A DNA stretch of 64,000 nt from a virus. Position 1 is the stretch's first letter. Every line of letters begins with the position of its first letter. This document shows, piece by piece, positions 36,287-46,344 of the stretch. Made by a program: the position numbers and the translations under genes. Location: IMG/VR virus record IMGVR_UViG_3300045912_000220; one strand, written 5' to 3'. The notes below the pieces were generated by a model. It did no database searches. It was not told the DNA's origin and saw nothing but the letters and a program-made list of their open reading frames with translations.

Positions 36287-36322
36287 GGTAACTTGCGCGA
36301 CGCGCAACCGTTGCGCGTAACC
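36287..36322. promoter_or_regulatory. Overlapping palindromes in the divergent lysis/late intergenic region
   Basis: TTGCGCG-A-CGCGCAA (36293-36307, also TTGC-N7-GCAA) overlapping CGCGCAAC-C-GTTGCGCG (36301-36317). Confidence 0.6.
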
Positions 36323-36341
36323 GTACCGCGGAGCCATCACG

Positions 36342-37055
36342 ATGGACAATGCCGAAGCCGAGAAGCGAGCCGCGCAGGACCACGCCGAGGCCGTCGAGCT
36401 CGCGGCCGAAACGCTAGGCGTGCAGGTGCTCGAAGCACTGGTCTTTGAGCTGGAACAGGTCCCGGAATGGGCGAGGCGGTCCGAGTCGGATCACGCGCTG
36501 GCCGTCGACCGACTGCGCGACAAGGTGCTCGGGCTTGTCGGGCGCGCGCTGGGCGTCCTGTTCACTGGCCAGTACCCGGTGTGCCAAGCCGAGCTGGCCC
36601 GGGTGGCGTTTGGCGAAGAAATCACCGCTACCCTGAAAATCGACCGCGGGGCCACGTCCCGGCATGAACTGGCCGACGCCACCGGCTCCCGGGTGCTGGT
36701 GGTCATCGCTGATCCGGGCCGGTTTACCGCCGGCATTGACGCCGTGCGGGCCAGAGCGGCGCAGGGCGACCTGTTCCGGGAGGGGCCGGCGACGCCGGTC
36801 GACGGGGAGCCAAACGATGACCTGCCGGCCTATGCGGCGTCGTCGGCGCCCGACATGGGCGAGCTGATCGGGACCTTGGTCGAGGCGGGCGTGCCGCTGC
36901 GTCCCGGCGAGGCCGAGGCGTGGACGGTGGCCCAGCAGCGTTACGGCCTCAACTGGGCCCGCAAGTTCATCGAGGAACGGGACCGCGGCGAGGATGTCAC
37001 CGACTTTCCCCGCCCGTGGTTCATTTCGGCACCGATCCCGCGTGCCGTGCAATGA
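36342..37055 (+). CDS. Conserved phage hypothetical protein (237 aa)
   Basis: RBS GGAG; DRLR...HEL-DA-G--VLVVIADP---T-G-D-VR pattern recalled from proteobacterial prophage proteins. Confidence 0.75.
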   Translation: MDNAEAEKRAAQDHAEAVELAAETLGVQVLEALVFELEQVPEWARRSESDHALAVDRLRDKVLGLVGRALGVLFTGQYPVCQAELARVAFGEEITATLKIDRGATSRHELADATGSRVLVVIADPGRFTAGIDAVRARAAQGDLFREGPATPVDGEPNDDLPAYAASSAPDMGELIGTLVEAGVPLRPGEAEAWTVAQQRYGLNWARKFIEERDRGEDVTDFPRPWFISAPIPRAVQ

Positions 37056-37633
37056 ACGACGATCCGCTGACCGTCGACGACCTGTTCCCGGAGCCGCGCC
37101 CGGCGCCCGAGCGTTTGCCGCCGGTGCTCGACGCATGCTGCGGCCCAAGAATGTGCTGGTTCGACCCTCGGGACGGTCGCGCCCTGTTCGTCGACCGTCG
37201 CCGCGAGGTGCACCACGTCGACATCGGCACGCCCGGCACTGTGGGCCGCCGGCCCATCGTCGTTGACCCGGACGTGCTGGCCGACTTCCGCCGGCTGCCG
37301 TTCGCGGACGACGAGTTCGCGCTGGTGCTGTTCGACCCGCCGCATATCGAGCGCGCCGAGGCCCGCGGCCTATTCACGCGTAAGTATGGCCACCTGTCGG
37401 GCGACTGGCGCGGCATGCTGCAGCAGGGCTTCGCCGAATGTTTCCGGGTGCTCAAGCCGCACGGGGTGCTGGTGTTCAAATGGGCCGAATCGGACCACCC
37501 GGTTGCCGAGATACTGGCCCTGACCCCGCACCGACCGCTGTTCGGACATCGGAGCGGCCGGAAAATGGGGACCCATTGGATAACGTTCCTGAAGCCGGCC
37601 GCCGCTGCGCCAGCGGGTCGGCCGACGCCATAA
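37052..37633 (+). CDS. Phage SAM-dependent (putative DNA amino-) methyltransferase
   Basis: VLDACCGPRMCWFD, PDVLADFRRLPF, FDPPH, ECFRVLKPHGVLVFKW; ATGA overlap. Confidence 0.85.
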   Translation: MNDDPLTVDDLFPEPRPAPERLPPVLDACCGPRMCWFDPRDGRALFVDRRREVHHVDIGTPGTVGRRPIVVDPDVLADFRRLPFADDEFALVLFDPPHIERAEARGLFTRKYGHLSGDWRGMLQQGFAECFRVLKPHGVLVFKWAESDHPVAEILALTPHRPLFGHRSGRKMGTHWITFLKPAAAAPAGRPTP

Positions 37634-37660
37634 TGGGCACCCCAGTTCCGGAGATAAACG

Positions 37661-38074
37661 ATGGCGCAGGACGTTGCCACGTGGGCCGTGCCGGTGATCC
37701 TGTTCCTCGGCGGCATCGTCTGGGGCGTCACGTGGTACATGCTGCAGCGGTTTGTTTCGGCGGTCGACGACCTGCGGAACGACCTGCACGGCACTGAAGG
37801 CCCGGTGGCCAAGCTGCGGGGCGAGCTGGCCGACATGGCGGCCAAGCTGCCGACCTATCAGACGCGCGAGGACGCGAGCGTCGTGGCCCGCGACGTGGCG
37901 ACCAAGCTCGACGCACTGCGCGCCGAGTCGGTGGCCCGGGAGGACCGGATCGTCGGGGCGATCCGGGACATGGGCCGCACGTCACAAGCGGAGTCCGCTG
38001 CCATCCGGGCCGAATTGCGGGCCGTGCATGAGCGGGTCGACCGCATCCGCGACGTTCAGGCCGGGTTCGGGTGA
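37661..38074 (+). CDS. Single-TM coiled-coil membrane protein (holin/antiholin-like)
   Basis: N-terminal TM WAVPVILFLGGIVWGVTWYML followed by a coiled coil; RBS GGAG. Confidence 0.65.
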   Translation: MAQDVATWAVPVILFLGGIVWGVTWYMLQRFVSAVDDLRNDLHGTEGPVAKLRGELADMAAKLPTYQTREDASVVARDVATKLDALRAESVAREDRIVGAIRDMGRTSQAESAAIRAELRAVHERVDRIRDVQAGFG

Positions 38075-38532
38075 TCCGCGTCTACCCGGTCGAACCGGTG
38101 CCGGCGCCCCGGCAGGTGCGCCGGGATGCGTGGAAGCCATCGGCCGGGGTGCAGCGCTACCGGGCGTACCGCGATGAGCTGCGCTACCGGGGGGTGCGGG
38201 TGCCGGTCCCGTTCCACCACGTCCTGTTCGTCCTGCCAATGCCGGCCAGCTGGCCCAAGGCCAAGCGGGCAGCCCATGAGGGCATGCCGCATCAGGCCAA
38301 GCCGGACCGCGATAACTTGGAAAAGGCCCTGCTCGACGCCGTGTTCGGCGAGGATTCCCACGTCTGGGATGGCCGGGCCTCGAAGCTCTGGGGCACCGAA
38401 CCGCTGCTGATCATCAGCCCGGAGCCGATCGGCATCGTCCTGCCGTTCGACCTGACGCCGTACTACCACGCGGCCAGACGGCCAGACGCCGCTGCCCGGG
38501 GGTACGCGTTCGCGCCGCCGACCCCACCGTAA
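38071..38532 (+). CDS. rusA: RusA-family Holliday junction resolvase
   Basis: PVPAPR, FVLPMPASW, KPDRDNLEKALLDA, DSHV. Confidence 0.9.
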   Translation: MIRVYPVEPVPAPRQVRRDAWKPSAGVQRYRAYRDELRYRGVRVPVPFHHVLFVLPMPASWPKAKRAAHEGMPHQAKPDRDNLEKALLDAVFGEDSHVWDGRASKLWGTEPLLIISPEPIGIVLPFDLTPYYHAARRPDAAARGYAFAPPTPP

Positions 38533-38572
38533 GTCATGGCGCGGCGCGCAAGCCGGCTGGTACTCTGCGCCC

Positions 38573-39028
38573 ATGCCGACACGTGCCCCGACCCACAAGC
38601 CCCAGCCCGCCCAGCTGCGGCAAGCCCGGCGGGCCAGCAACCCGGAGAACCAGCGCATGTACTGGGGGCGGTGGCGCCGGTACTCGGAGCAGTTCCTAAA
38701 GGCCAACCCGTTCTGCGTGCATTGTGCAGCCCAAGGTGTCGACCATCCGGCCACGGTAACTGACCACGTGATACCGCACCGGGGCGACCACGCGCTGTTC
38801 TGGGACCCTGCGAACCATCAGCCGTTGTGCAAGCGCCACCACGATCAGAAAACGGCCCGCGAGGACGGCGGCTTCGGCAATGCGCCGCTGGTGCGGGAAC
38901 AGGCGAACCAAGGGCCAGCGCTGACCGAGTACGAGGAGTACGTTCGGGCCATGGGCGGGGACGCGGTGCCCCCGGTGGTTCGGGCTTGGGTGCGACGCAG
39001 AAAGAAACGCAGAGGGAATCAGCCGTGA
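38573..39028 (+). CDS. HNH endonuclease (terminase-associated), full-length
   Basis: HNH motif as above; spans the unit junction. Confidence 0.92.
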   Translation: MPTRAPTHKPQPAQLRQARRASNPENQRMYWGRWRRYSEQFLKANPFCVHCAAQGVDHPATVTDHVIPHRGDHALFWDPANHQPLCKRHHDQKTAREDGGFGNAPLVREQANQGPALTEYEEYVRAMGGDAVPPVVRAWVRRRKKRRGNQP

Positions 39029-39069
39029 GCGCAGACGCAGCAACGCAGGCCAGTCCGGACCCGGGCAAC

Positions 39070-39149
39070 GGGGTAGGGGTGGGTCAAAAGTCCGAGGCGG
39101 TAACCAAACGAGCGCGCCCCCAGTCAAAAAAAGCCGCGCGCGAAATTGG
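39070..39149. other. Candidate cos region (copy 2)
   Basis: Copy of 424-503. Confidence 0.5.
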
Positions 39150-39186
39150 CGCAGGGGGTGGGGAATTGTCCGGGGGGGCGTCCCCG

Positions 39187-40800
39187 GTGGTCGACGGGCT
39201 GAAGCCGGCCGTGCCGGCGGTGCCGTGGCCCGCGGACAAGGTTTCCCGGTGGCCTATCGACCGCCTGAAGGCGTACGCCCGGAACCCACGGACGCATACC
39301 GCCGAGCAGGTTGCCAAGCTGGCCCGCAGTCTCGAGGAGTTCGGGTGGACGAACCCGGTGCTGGTCGACGAAGCCGGCGAAATCATCGCCGGCCACGGCC
39401 GGGTGCTGGCCGCGGAACAGCTGGGCTGGGATTCGGCCCCGGTGATGGTGGCCCGCGGGTGGAACGACGACCAAAAGCGGGCCTACCGGATCGCCGACAA
39501 CCGGCTGGCGCTCGACGCCGGGTGGGACGACGAACTGCTGGCGGTGGAACTGCGCGACCTGCAAGCCGCGGAATTCGACCTAGAGCTGACGGGCATGACC
39601 AACGCCGAGCTGGCCCAGCTACTGATCGTCAGCGGGGACGCCGAGCCCGAACCTGAGCCACCGCCGCCAGACGCGCAAGCGGTCGGGATCAGCCGGCCCG
39701 GCGAGGTATGGCTGTGTGGGTCCCATCGCGTTATCTGCGGGGACTCGACCGACCCGGCGACGCTGGCGGCGCTTATGGGCGAGGCGGTAGCGGCTCTGGT
39801 GCACGCCGACCCGCCATACGGGATGGGGAAGGAATCCGATGGGGTGGCGAACGACAACCTGTACGGCGACAAGCTGGACGCGTTCCAGCTGGCGTGGTGG
39901 CGGGCCTGCCGGCCGCACATTGCGCCGAACGCATCGGTGTACATCTGGGGCGCGGCGCTCGACCTATGGCGGTTGTGGTGGCGGGCGGGGCTTGGCGAGT
40001 CCGAGCCGCTGACCCTGCGGAACGAAATCGTCTGGGACAAGGGCAGCATCGCCGGCATGCGGTCCGAGGACCTGACGCAGTACCCGGAAGCCACGGAGCG
40101 CGCGCTGTTTTTCCAGCTCGGGCGCCACGTGTTCCTGATTAACCAGACGAAGGACGACTACTGGGAGGGCTGGGAACCGTTGCGGCTCTGGCTCTGCGGC
40201 GAGCGTGACCGCATGGGCTGGGGGCCGGCCGACGTGAAGCGCATCTGCGACAATCACATGTACGGCCACTGGTTCGGGCGCTCGCAGTGGGCGTGGATCA
40301 ACCGCGAGAATTACGAAAAGCTGCAGGCCGCGGCCGCTGGCCGCGCGTTCGTGAAGCCTTACGACGAGCTGCTTGAGGACTACCGCGAGCTGGCCCGGCA
40401 GTTCAACGGTGACGTCCGCGACCCGCGGCACGAGAACTACCGCGCCGTGCGCCCATACTTCGACAACACGCACGACACCATGCGCGACGTATGGCAGTTC
40501 CCGCGGGTTACTGGCGACGATCGGTTCGGCCACGCCACCCCGAAGCCCGTGGCCATGATCGCGCGGTGCCTGCTTTCGAGCGCGCGCGAGGGCGACGTGG
40601 TGCTGGAGCCGTTCGGCGGTACCGGCACGACCCTGATCGCGGCCGAGCGCACCCGCCGCCGCTGCTTCATCGCCGAGCTGGAGCCGGTATGGGCTGACGT
40701 GATTGTGCGCCGGTGGCAGAGCATGACCGGCGGCACAGCGGTGCTAGAGTCGACGGGCGAAACTTTCGAGGCGGTCGAGCGTGCGCGGTCGCAAGCCTAA
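39187..40800 (+). CDS. ParB-like/DNA methyltransferase (copy 2)
   Basis: Copy of 541-2154. Confidence 0.88.
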   Translation: MVDGLKPAVPAVPWPADKVSRWPIDRLKAYARNPRTHTAEQVAKLARSLEEFGWTNPVLVDEAGEIIAGHGRVLAAEQLGWDSAPVMVARGWNDDQKRAYRIADNRLALDAGWDDELLAVELRDLQAAEFDLELTGMTNAELAQLLIVSGDAEPEPEPPPPDAQAVGISRPGEVWLCGSHRVICGDSTDPATLAALMGEAVAALVHADPPYGMGKESDGVANDNLYGDKLDAFQLAWWRACRPHIAPNASVYIWGAALDLWRLWWRAGLGESEPLTLRNEIVWDKGSIAGMRSEDLTQYPEATERALFFQLGRHVFLINQTKDDYWEGWEPLRLWLCGERDRMGWGPADVKRICDNHMYGHWFGRSQWAWINRENYEKLQAAAAGRAFVKPYDELLEDYRELARQFNGDVRDPRHENYRAVRPYFDNTHDTMRDVWQFPRVTGDDRFGHATPKPVAMIARCLLSSAREGDVVLEPFGGTGTTLIAAERTRRRCFIAELEPVWADVIVRRWQSMTGGTAVLESTGETFEAVERARSQA

Positions 40801-41245
40801 GCCCACCTATCTGCGGGCACTCGACGGCGGGGCCGCGCGCCGGCCGCTGGATCGCGCCGACGAACCGAGGCCGGCAGGCGACCTGTTCGACCCGCCGCCA
40901 GAGCTGTCGCCACGCCAGCAGGCAATCTGGCGCCACGCGATCGCGCACGCGCCGCCGGGGATGCTGACCAAGCTGGACCAGTCGGTGTTCCTGTCATGGG
41001 TTGTGGCCGTCGACACGCTGGAGCTGGCCCGGCAGAAGGTGACCGAGCTGGGCCTGCTGGTGAAAACCCGTGACGGCAACACGATGCAGAATCCTTACCT
41101 GTCCATTCAGAACAAGCAGGCCGCCATCGTGATGAAGGCGGCGGCCGAGCTGGGTTTCAGTCCGACGGCCCGTACCCGTGTCAAAGTCCCGAAGCAAGCG
41201 CCCCGCGACAACCCGTTCGGCGAGCTCCGCACGCTCGACGACTGA
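40781..41245 (+). CDS. terS: Terminase small subunit (copy 2)
   Basis: Copy of 2135-2599. Confidence 0.92.
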   Translation: MRGRKPKPTYLRALDGGAARRPLDRADEPRPAGDLFDPPPELSPRQQAIWRHAIAHAPPGMLTKLDQSVFLSWVVAVDTLELARQKVTELGLLVKTRDGNTMQNPYLSIQNKQAAIVMKAAAELGFSPTARTRVKVPKQAPRDNPFGELRTLDD

Positions 41246-42938
41246 CGGCCGCGACTACGTGGCCGTGGCGATCGCCTATGCCGAGGACGCATTGGACGAT
41301 CGCCGCGGCGAGCGTTACGGCCGATGGATCAGGCTGGCGGCCAAGCGGTTCCTCGCCGACCTGAAGCGGGCGCAGGCCAAACGGCCACCGTTCTATTTCT
41401 CGCCGAAACGGGCAAACGCGCACTGCCGCTTCATCGAAGCGCTGCCGCACGTCGAGGGCGTGTGGGCCACGCCGACTATCCGGCTTGAGCCGGCGCAGGT
41501 GTTTTTCGTGGTTCAGCTGTTCGGGTTCAGGAACACGGATGGCGGGCGCCGATTCACCGAGGCGCTGCTCTGCATCGCGCGCAAGAACGCCAAGTCGACG
41601 CTGGCCGCTGGCATTCTGCTGTCCTGCTTCTGCATGGAGCGCGAGCTAGGGGCGCAGGTGCTGAGCGCGGCAACAACTGGTAGCCAAGCGCGCATCCTCT
41701 GGGGCATCGCCAAGCGCATGGTGGAAATGACACCGGCGCTGCGGGACACGTTCGACCTAGAGCCGTTCGCCAATGCCATCGCCCGGCCTGAGATTGGCGG
41801 CACGTTCAAGCCGATCAACGCCAAGGCGTCGACACAGGACGGCCTCAACCCGAGCCACGCCGGCCTCGATGAGCTTCACGCGCACAAGACCCATGACTTG
41901 CTGAACGTCCTGCGGTCGGCGGCCGGCGCCCGGTCGAACCCGCTGTGGCTCTACACGACGACCGAGGGGTACGAAACGCCCGGGCCGTGGCCAGAGGTGC
42001 GGGCCTATGCCCGGCAGGTGCTGCAGGGCCTGTTCCGGGCCGATCACTTCCTCGCCTGCATCTGGGCGCTCGACGACGACGACGACGGGGAGGCCGAGTT
42101 CGACGAACGGAAATGGGTGAAGGCCAACCCGTTGCTGCCGGTCAACCCGGTTCTTCGGGCCGAGCTGCGGAAGCTGGCCACGAACGCCAGAGCCATGCCG
42201 GGCACCCACGCCGAGTTCCGCATCAAGCGGCTGAACCTGCCGGCGGCCTCGGCGGCCGCGTGGGTGAACCTTCCGCGGTGGCGCCGGTGCTCCGGCCCGG
42301 TCGACCTTGAGGCATTGCGAGGCGCGCAATGCTGGGGGGCGTTCGACCTTGCCAGCACCACGGATATGACCGCGTGGGCGCTGCTATGGCTGGTGGACGG
42401 GCACTACTACGCCCGGGTCCGCTACTGGGTCCCCGAGGCCGCCGTGCACCAGCGGACCGAGCGGCGATCGGTGCCGTACGCGGCGTGGGTGGCCGCCGGC
42501 CTGATCGAGCAGACTCCGGGCGACGTGGCCGACTACGACATCATCGAGCGGGCAATCCTCGAGGATTTCGAGCGGTTCGGGCCGTCCCGGATTGCCTTCG
42601 ACCCGTGGAACGCCACCGCTACGGCTACCGCGTTGCTGAATCAGGGGTTACCCTTGGAGCAGTTCGTGCAGGGCACCCGGAGCTACAACGCCGCGATGAA
42701 GGCGTGCGAGGTGGCCTACACCGGGGGCAAGCTGAGCCACGGCGGCAACCCGGTGCTGGCGTGGAACATGGCCAACGTAGTAGCGAGGCGCGACGCGAAC
42801 ATGAACATCGCCCCTGACCGCAAGCGCTCGGCCGACAAGATAGACGGCGCGGCCGCGCTGTTCATGGCGTTCGGCCTGTCGGCGGCAGATAACGCCGGCA
42901 ACCTTGACGCGATTCTGGCCAACCCGGTGAGCGCGTAA
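41178..42938 (+). CDS. terL: Terminase large subunit (copy 2)
   Basis: Copy of 2532-4292. Confidence 0.96.
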   Translation: MSKSRSKRPATTRSASSARSTTDGRDYVAVAIAYAEDALDDRRGERYGRWIRLAAKRFLADLKRAQAKRPPFYFSPKRANAHCRFIEALPHVEGVWATPTIRLEPAQVFFVVQLFGFRNTDGGRRFTEALLCIARKNAKSTLAAGILLSCFCMERELGAQVLSAATTGSQARILWGIAKRMVEMTPALRDTFDLEPFANAIARPEIGGTFKPINAKASTQDGLNPSHAGLDELHAHKTHDLLNVLRSAAGARSNPLWLYTTTEGYETPGPWPEVRAYARQVLQGLFRADHFLACIWALDDDDDGEAEFDERKWVKANPLLPVNPVLRAELRKLATNARAMPGTHAEFRIKRLNLPAASAAAWVNLPRWRRCSGPVDLEALRGAQCWGAFDLASTTDMTAWALLWLVDGHYYARVRYWVPEAAVHQRTERRSVPYAAWVAAGLIEQTPGDVADYDIIERAILEDFERFGPSRIAFDPWNATATATALLNQGLPLEQFVQGTRSYNAAMKACEVAYTGGKLSHGGNPVLAWNMANVVARRDANMNIAPDRKRSADKIDGAAALFMAFGLSAADNAGNLDAILANPVSA

Positions 42939-42941
42939 GCC

Positions 42942-44240
42942 GTGGCCGTAGCGTGGTCGTCGTGGATGCGGTACGTATTCGGCGGGCTCTGGAACCCGGA
43001 GTACGGCCCCCAGCTCGCCGGGCCCGGAAGTTTCGCCAACGAGGCCGGCCAGAGCGTCACCGATTCGCGCGCCATGCAGGTGGCGGCGGTGTTCCGGTGC
43101 ATCCGGATCATCGCCGAAACGGCCGGCACGCTGCCGATGGTCGGCTACCGGCGGCTGCCGAACGGGGACCGGGAGCCGTTGCCCAGCTCCCATTGGCTGC
43201 CCCAGCTGATCGACTACCCGAACGAAACGCAGACGGGCGATGAATTCCGCGAGGCCGTGGTGGCCCAGATGGCCGGCTGGGGCAACGCGTACGCGCTGGT
43301 CAGCCGGCAGTCCGCCGGGCGCGTCGTCGAGCTGTGGCCGGGCCGGGTCGAGGCAATGGAAGTCGAGCGGCGGCCGGATCGCACGCTGCTGTACCGCTAC
43401 CCGGACGCGTCCGGCACCCGGCAGGCACTGCCACCCGGGCGCGTGCTGCACTTCCGGGCGTTCAGCATGGACGGGGTGATGGGCCTGTCGCCGCTGGCCA
43501 TGGCCCGCGAATCGCTGGGCCTGACGGTGGGTGCCGAGCGGTTCGCGTCGTCGTTTTTCGCGCAGGGTGGCCGGCCCGCCGGCGTCATGACGGCCGATAA
43601 GGTGCTGACCGACAAGCAGCGCGAGCAGATTCGGAAGGAATACTCGGCGATGGCGGACGCGTCGAACCCGACCGGCAAGCGCTTCTGGCTGCTCGAGGGA
43701 TCGCTGAAGTATCAGGCGATCAGCGTGAACCCGGCCGACATGCAGATGCTGGAAACGCGAGCGTTCCAGATTGCCGACATCGCCCGATTCTTCGGGGTGC
43801 CGCTGTTCCTGCTCATGGAAACTGAAAAATCGACTAGCTGGGGCAGCGGTATCGAGCAGCAAAACATCGGCTTCTTGACGTACACGTTGCGGCCGTACCT
43901 GTCGCGGCTGGTGGCGACGTTTAACCGCTACGTCATCCCGGAGCGGGAGCGCGAGTCGCTGTTCGTCGACATCGACGAAGCGGCCCTGCTGTCGCTGGAT
44001 TCGACGGCCCAGAAAGACCTGCTTGCGAGTCACGCAAACAACGGGATCATGACCCGCAACGAAATCCGGCGCCGCCTGAAGCTGCCGGCCTACCCTGACC
44101 CTAACGCCGACGTCCTCACCGTGCAGACGGCGCTGACGCCGCTGGGAAAACTGGGTACGCTACCGGCAACGCCCGAGCCGGCGCCGCCACCGGCGGTATC
44201 GGCCGGGGGTAACGATGGCGCCGACGACGCCGAGGGCTGA
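42942..44240 (+). CDS. Portal protein (copy 2)
   Basis: Copy of 4296-5594. Confidence 0.96.
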   Translation: MAVAWSSWMRYVFGGLWNPEYGPQLAGPGSFANEAGQSVTDSRAMQVAAVFRCIRIIAETAGTLPMVGYRRLPNGDREPLPSSHWLPQLIDYPNETQTGDEFREAVVAQMAGWGNAYALVSRQSAGRVVELWPGRVEAMEVERRPDRTLLYRYPDASGTRQALPPGRVLHFRAFSMDGVMGLSPLAMARESLGLTVGAERFASSFFAQGGRPAGVMTADKVLTDKQREQIRKEYSAMADASNPTGKRFWLLEGSLKYQAISVNPADMQMLETRAFQIADIARFFGVPLFLLMETEKSTSWGSGIEQQNIGFLTYTLRPYLSRLVATFNRYVIPERERESLFVDIDEAALLSLDSTAQKDLLASHANNGIMTRNEIRRRLKLPAYPDPNADVLTVQTALTPLGKLGTLPATPEPAPPPAVSAGGNDGADDAEG

Positions 44241-44244
44241 CGCT

Positions 44245-44979
44245 ATGCCGTGGCATGAACAGAAGGGGCAGCTGCACTATCTGGCCTGCCGTGACCGGCG
44301 CGACCTGCCGCTGGAACTGTGCGAGCTGAAGTTTCACACGAAGGACGCGAGTAGCGGCGCGGTGCAGTTCACCGGCTACGCCGCGGTCTGGGGCCGGACG
44401 GACAGCTACGGCGACACCGTGCTCCGCGGTGCGTTCCTCGAAAGCCTGAAAGAACGCCGCCCGATGATGCTGTTCGGGCATTCGCCGGGGCGTGTTCCGG
44501 GCAAATGGCTCGAATGGGAAGAAGATGACAAGGGCCTCCTTATGCTCGGCGAGCTGACGCCCGGGCATTCAGAGGCGCAGGACATCGCTGCCAGCCTGAA
44601 GCACGGGGCGTTGAACGGCCTGAGCATCGGCGGCTACACGACCGACTGGGAAAGCCGCGACAACGGCGGCCGGATCATCAAGGCGTTCGACTTGTACGAG
44701 GTGTCGATCGTCAGCATGCCGGCAGAACAGGAAGCCCGAATCGATACCGCCAGCGTGAAAGCCGCGCTGGATCGCTGCTCGAAAGTTTCCGAAATAGAGG
44801 ACCTGCTGCGCGAGGCCGCGGGCTGCTCTAAGTCGGCCGCGACCGCCATTGTGTCGCGCCTGTCGCGCCTGCTCCGGGGTGAGCCCGAGGCCGACCCGAC
44901 GCCAGCCGCCGCCGGGCAACTGCTCGACGTGCTTCGTTCGACCCGAATCCCGCGTTCACTCTTGGAGGGTGACAAATGA
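44245..44979 (+). CDS. Prohead protease (copy 2)
   Basis: Copy of 5599-6333. Confidence 0.93.
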   Translation: MPWHEQKGQLHYLACRDRRDLPLELCELKFHTKDASSGAVQFTGYAAVWGRTDSYGDTVLRGAFLESLKERRPMMLFGHSPGRVPGKWLEWEEDDKGLLMLGELTPGHSEAQDIAASLKHGALNGLSIGGYTTDWESRDNGGRIIKAFDLYEVSIVSMPAEQEARIDTASVKAALDRCSKVSEIEDLLREAAGCSKSAATAIVSRLSRLLRGEPEADPTPAAAGQLLDVLRSTRIPRSLLEGDK

Positions 44980-46274
44980 ACAAGTTCATCACGTCGGTCA
45001 GCAACGGCATGCGTGCCGCGCTGGCCAGCAAGCGCGCACTGCCGCGCGACTACTTCGGCCGGCCGATGGACCGGAAGGACACTCCCGCCCCCAGCGCCGC
45101 CACCATCAAAACGATGGAGGACCTTCGCACCGCGTTTCTCGAACAGCACCGCGAGCTGACGCAGTTCATCGAGAAGGCGAACGGCGAGCTGAAGGAAACG
45201 GGCAAGGTGGCCAACGAAACGGCCAGCGCCATGCGGGCGCTATCCGAGTCGCTGAACACGCTCGGGACCCGGCTCGACAAGGTGGAGGGCAAGGCTGACC
45301 GGCTGGGCGAGGGCGAGCGCACGGCGAAGTCGCTGGGCGAGCAGTTCGTCGAGTCCGAGGAATGGGCGTCGTCTGGCGCGCTGCTCAAGGTGGCCAAGGC
45401 CCGCTGGGAGACGCGCGCTATCGTCAACGCCACCGGCCAGAACCAGCCGCTGGTTCCCGACATGCGGGTGCCCGGTATCGTGGCTACGCCGAACCGGCGG
45501 CTGCGCATCCGGCAGCTGCTGCCGGCGGGCACCACGTCGTCGAATCTGGTGCAGTTCGCGAAGGAAAACGTGTTCACGAACAACGCCGGACCGCAGGCGG
45601 GTGGCTCGCCGACCGTCGCGGCCGAAAACGTCGTGAAGCCCGAGAGCGACATCACGTTCACGCTGGCGAACGCGCCCGTCGTCACCATCGCGCACTTCAT
45701 CCTCGCGTCCCGGCAGGTGCTGGACGACGCGCCGATGCTGGCCAGCTACATCAACGGCCGGCTGCAGTACGGCCTCGCGCTCGAGGAGGACGAACAGCTG
45801 CTGCTGGGTGACGGCACCGTCGGTAAGCTCGACGGCCTAATGAATCAGGCGACGTTCTACAACCGCGCCCAGACGGGCACGAAGCTCGACTGGCTGCGCC
45901 GGGCCATCACGCAGCTGCAGCTGTCCGAGTACGACGCCGAGTTCATGGTCCTGAACCCCGCCGACTGGGAGGACATCGAGCTGACCAAAGATCAGGACCT
46001 GCGCTACCTGATCGCAAACCCGGTGTCGATCCTCGGCCCGCAGCTCTGGGGCCTGCCGGTAGTGCCGACGAACACGATGCCCGAGGGCCAGTTCCTTGTG
46101 GCGAACGGTTCGATGGCTGCGCAAATCTGGGATCGGTCGCAGGCCGCCATCGAGGTCAGCCGCGAGGACTCGGATAACTTCCGGCGCAACATGGTGACCC
46201 TGCTCGCCGAGGAGCGGCTGGCGCTGACGGTGTACCGCCCGTCGGCGCTAATCAAGGGCGTGTTCAGCGTCTAA
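44976..46274 (+). CDS. Major capsid protein (copy 2)
   Basis: Copy of 6330-7628. Confidence 0.96.
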   Translation: MNKFITSVSNGMRAALASKRALPRDYFGRPMDRKDTPAPSAATIKTMEDLRTAFLEQHRELTQFIEKANGELKETGKVANETASAMRALSESLNTLGTRLDKVEGKADRLGEGERTAKSLGEQFVESEEWASSGALLKVAKARWETRAIVNATGQNQPLVPDMRVPGIVATPNRRLRIRQLLPAGTTSSNLVQFAKENVFTNNAGPQAGGSPTVAAENVVKPESDITFTLANAPVVTIAHFILASRQVLDDAPMLASYINGRLQYGLALEEDEQLLLGDGTVGKLDGLMNQATFYNRAQTGTKLDWLRRAITQLQLSEYDAEFMVLNPADWEDIELTKDQDLRYLIANPVSILGPQLWGLPVVPTNTMPEGQFLVANGSMAAQIWDRSQAAIEVSREDSDNFRRNMVTLLAEERLALTVYRPSALIKGVFSV

Positions 46275-46344
46275 CCCGAGGCGCGGAACGGGCAGGGGCG
46301 GGCCGGGCCATGACGGCCCGCCCCATTACCCGGGGAGAGCTGCC

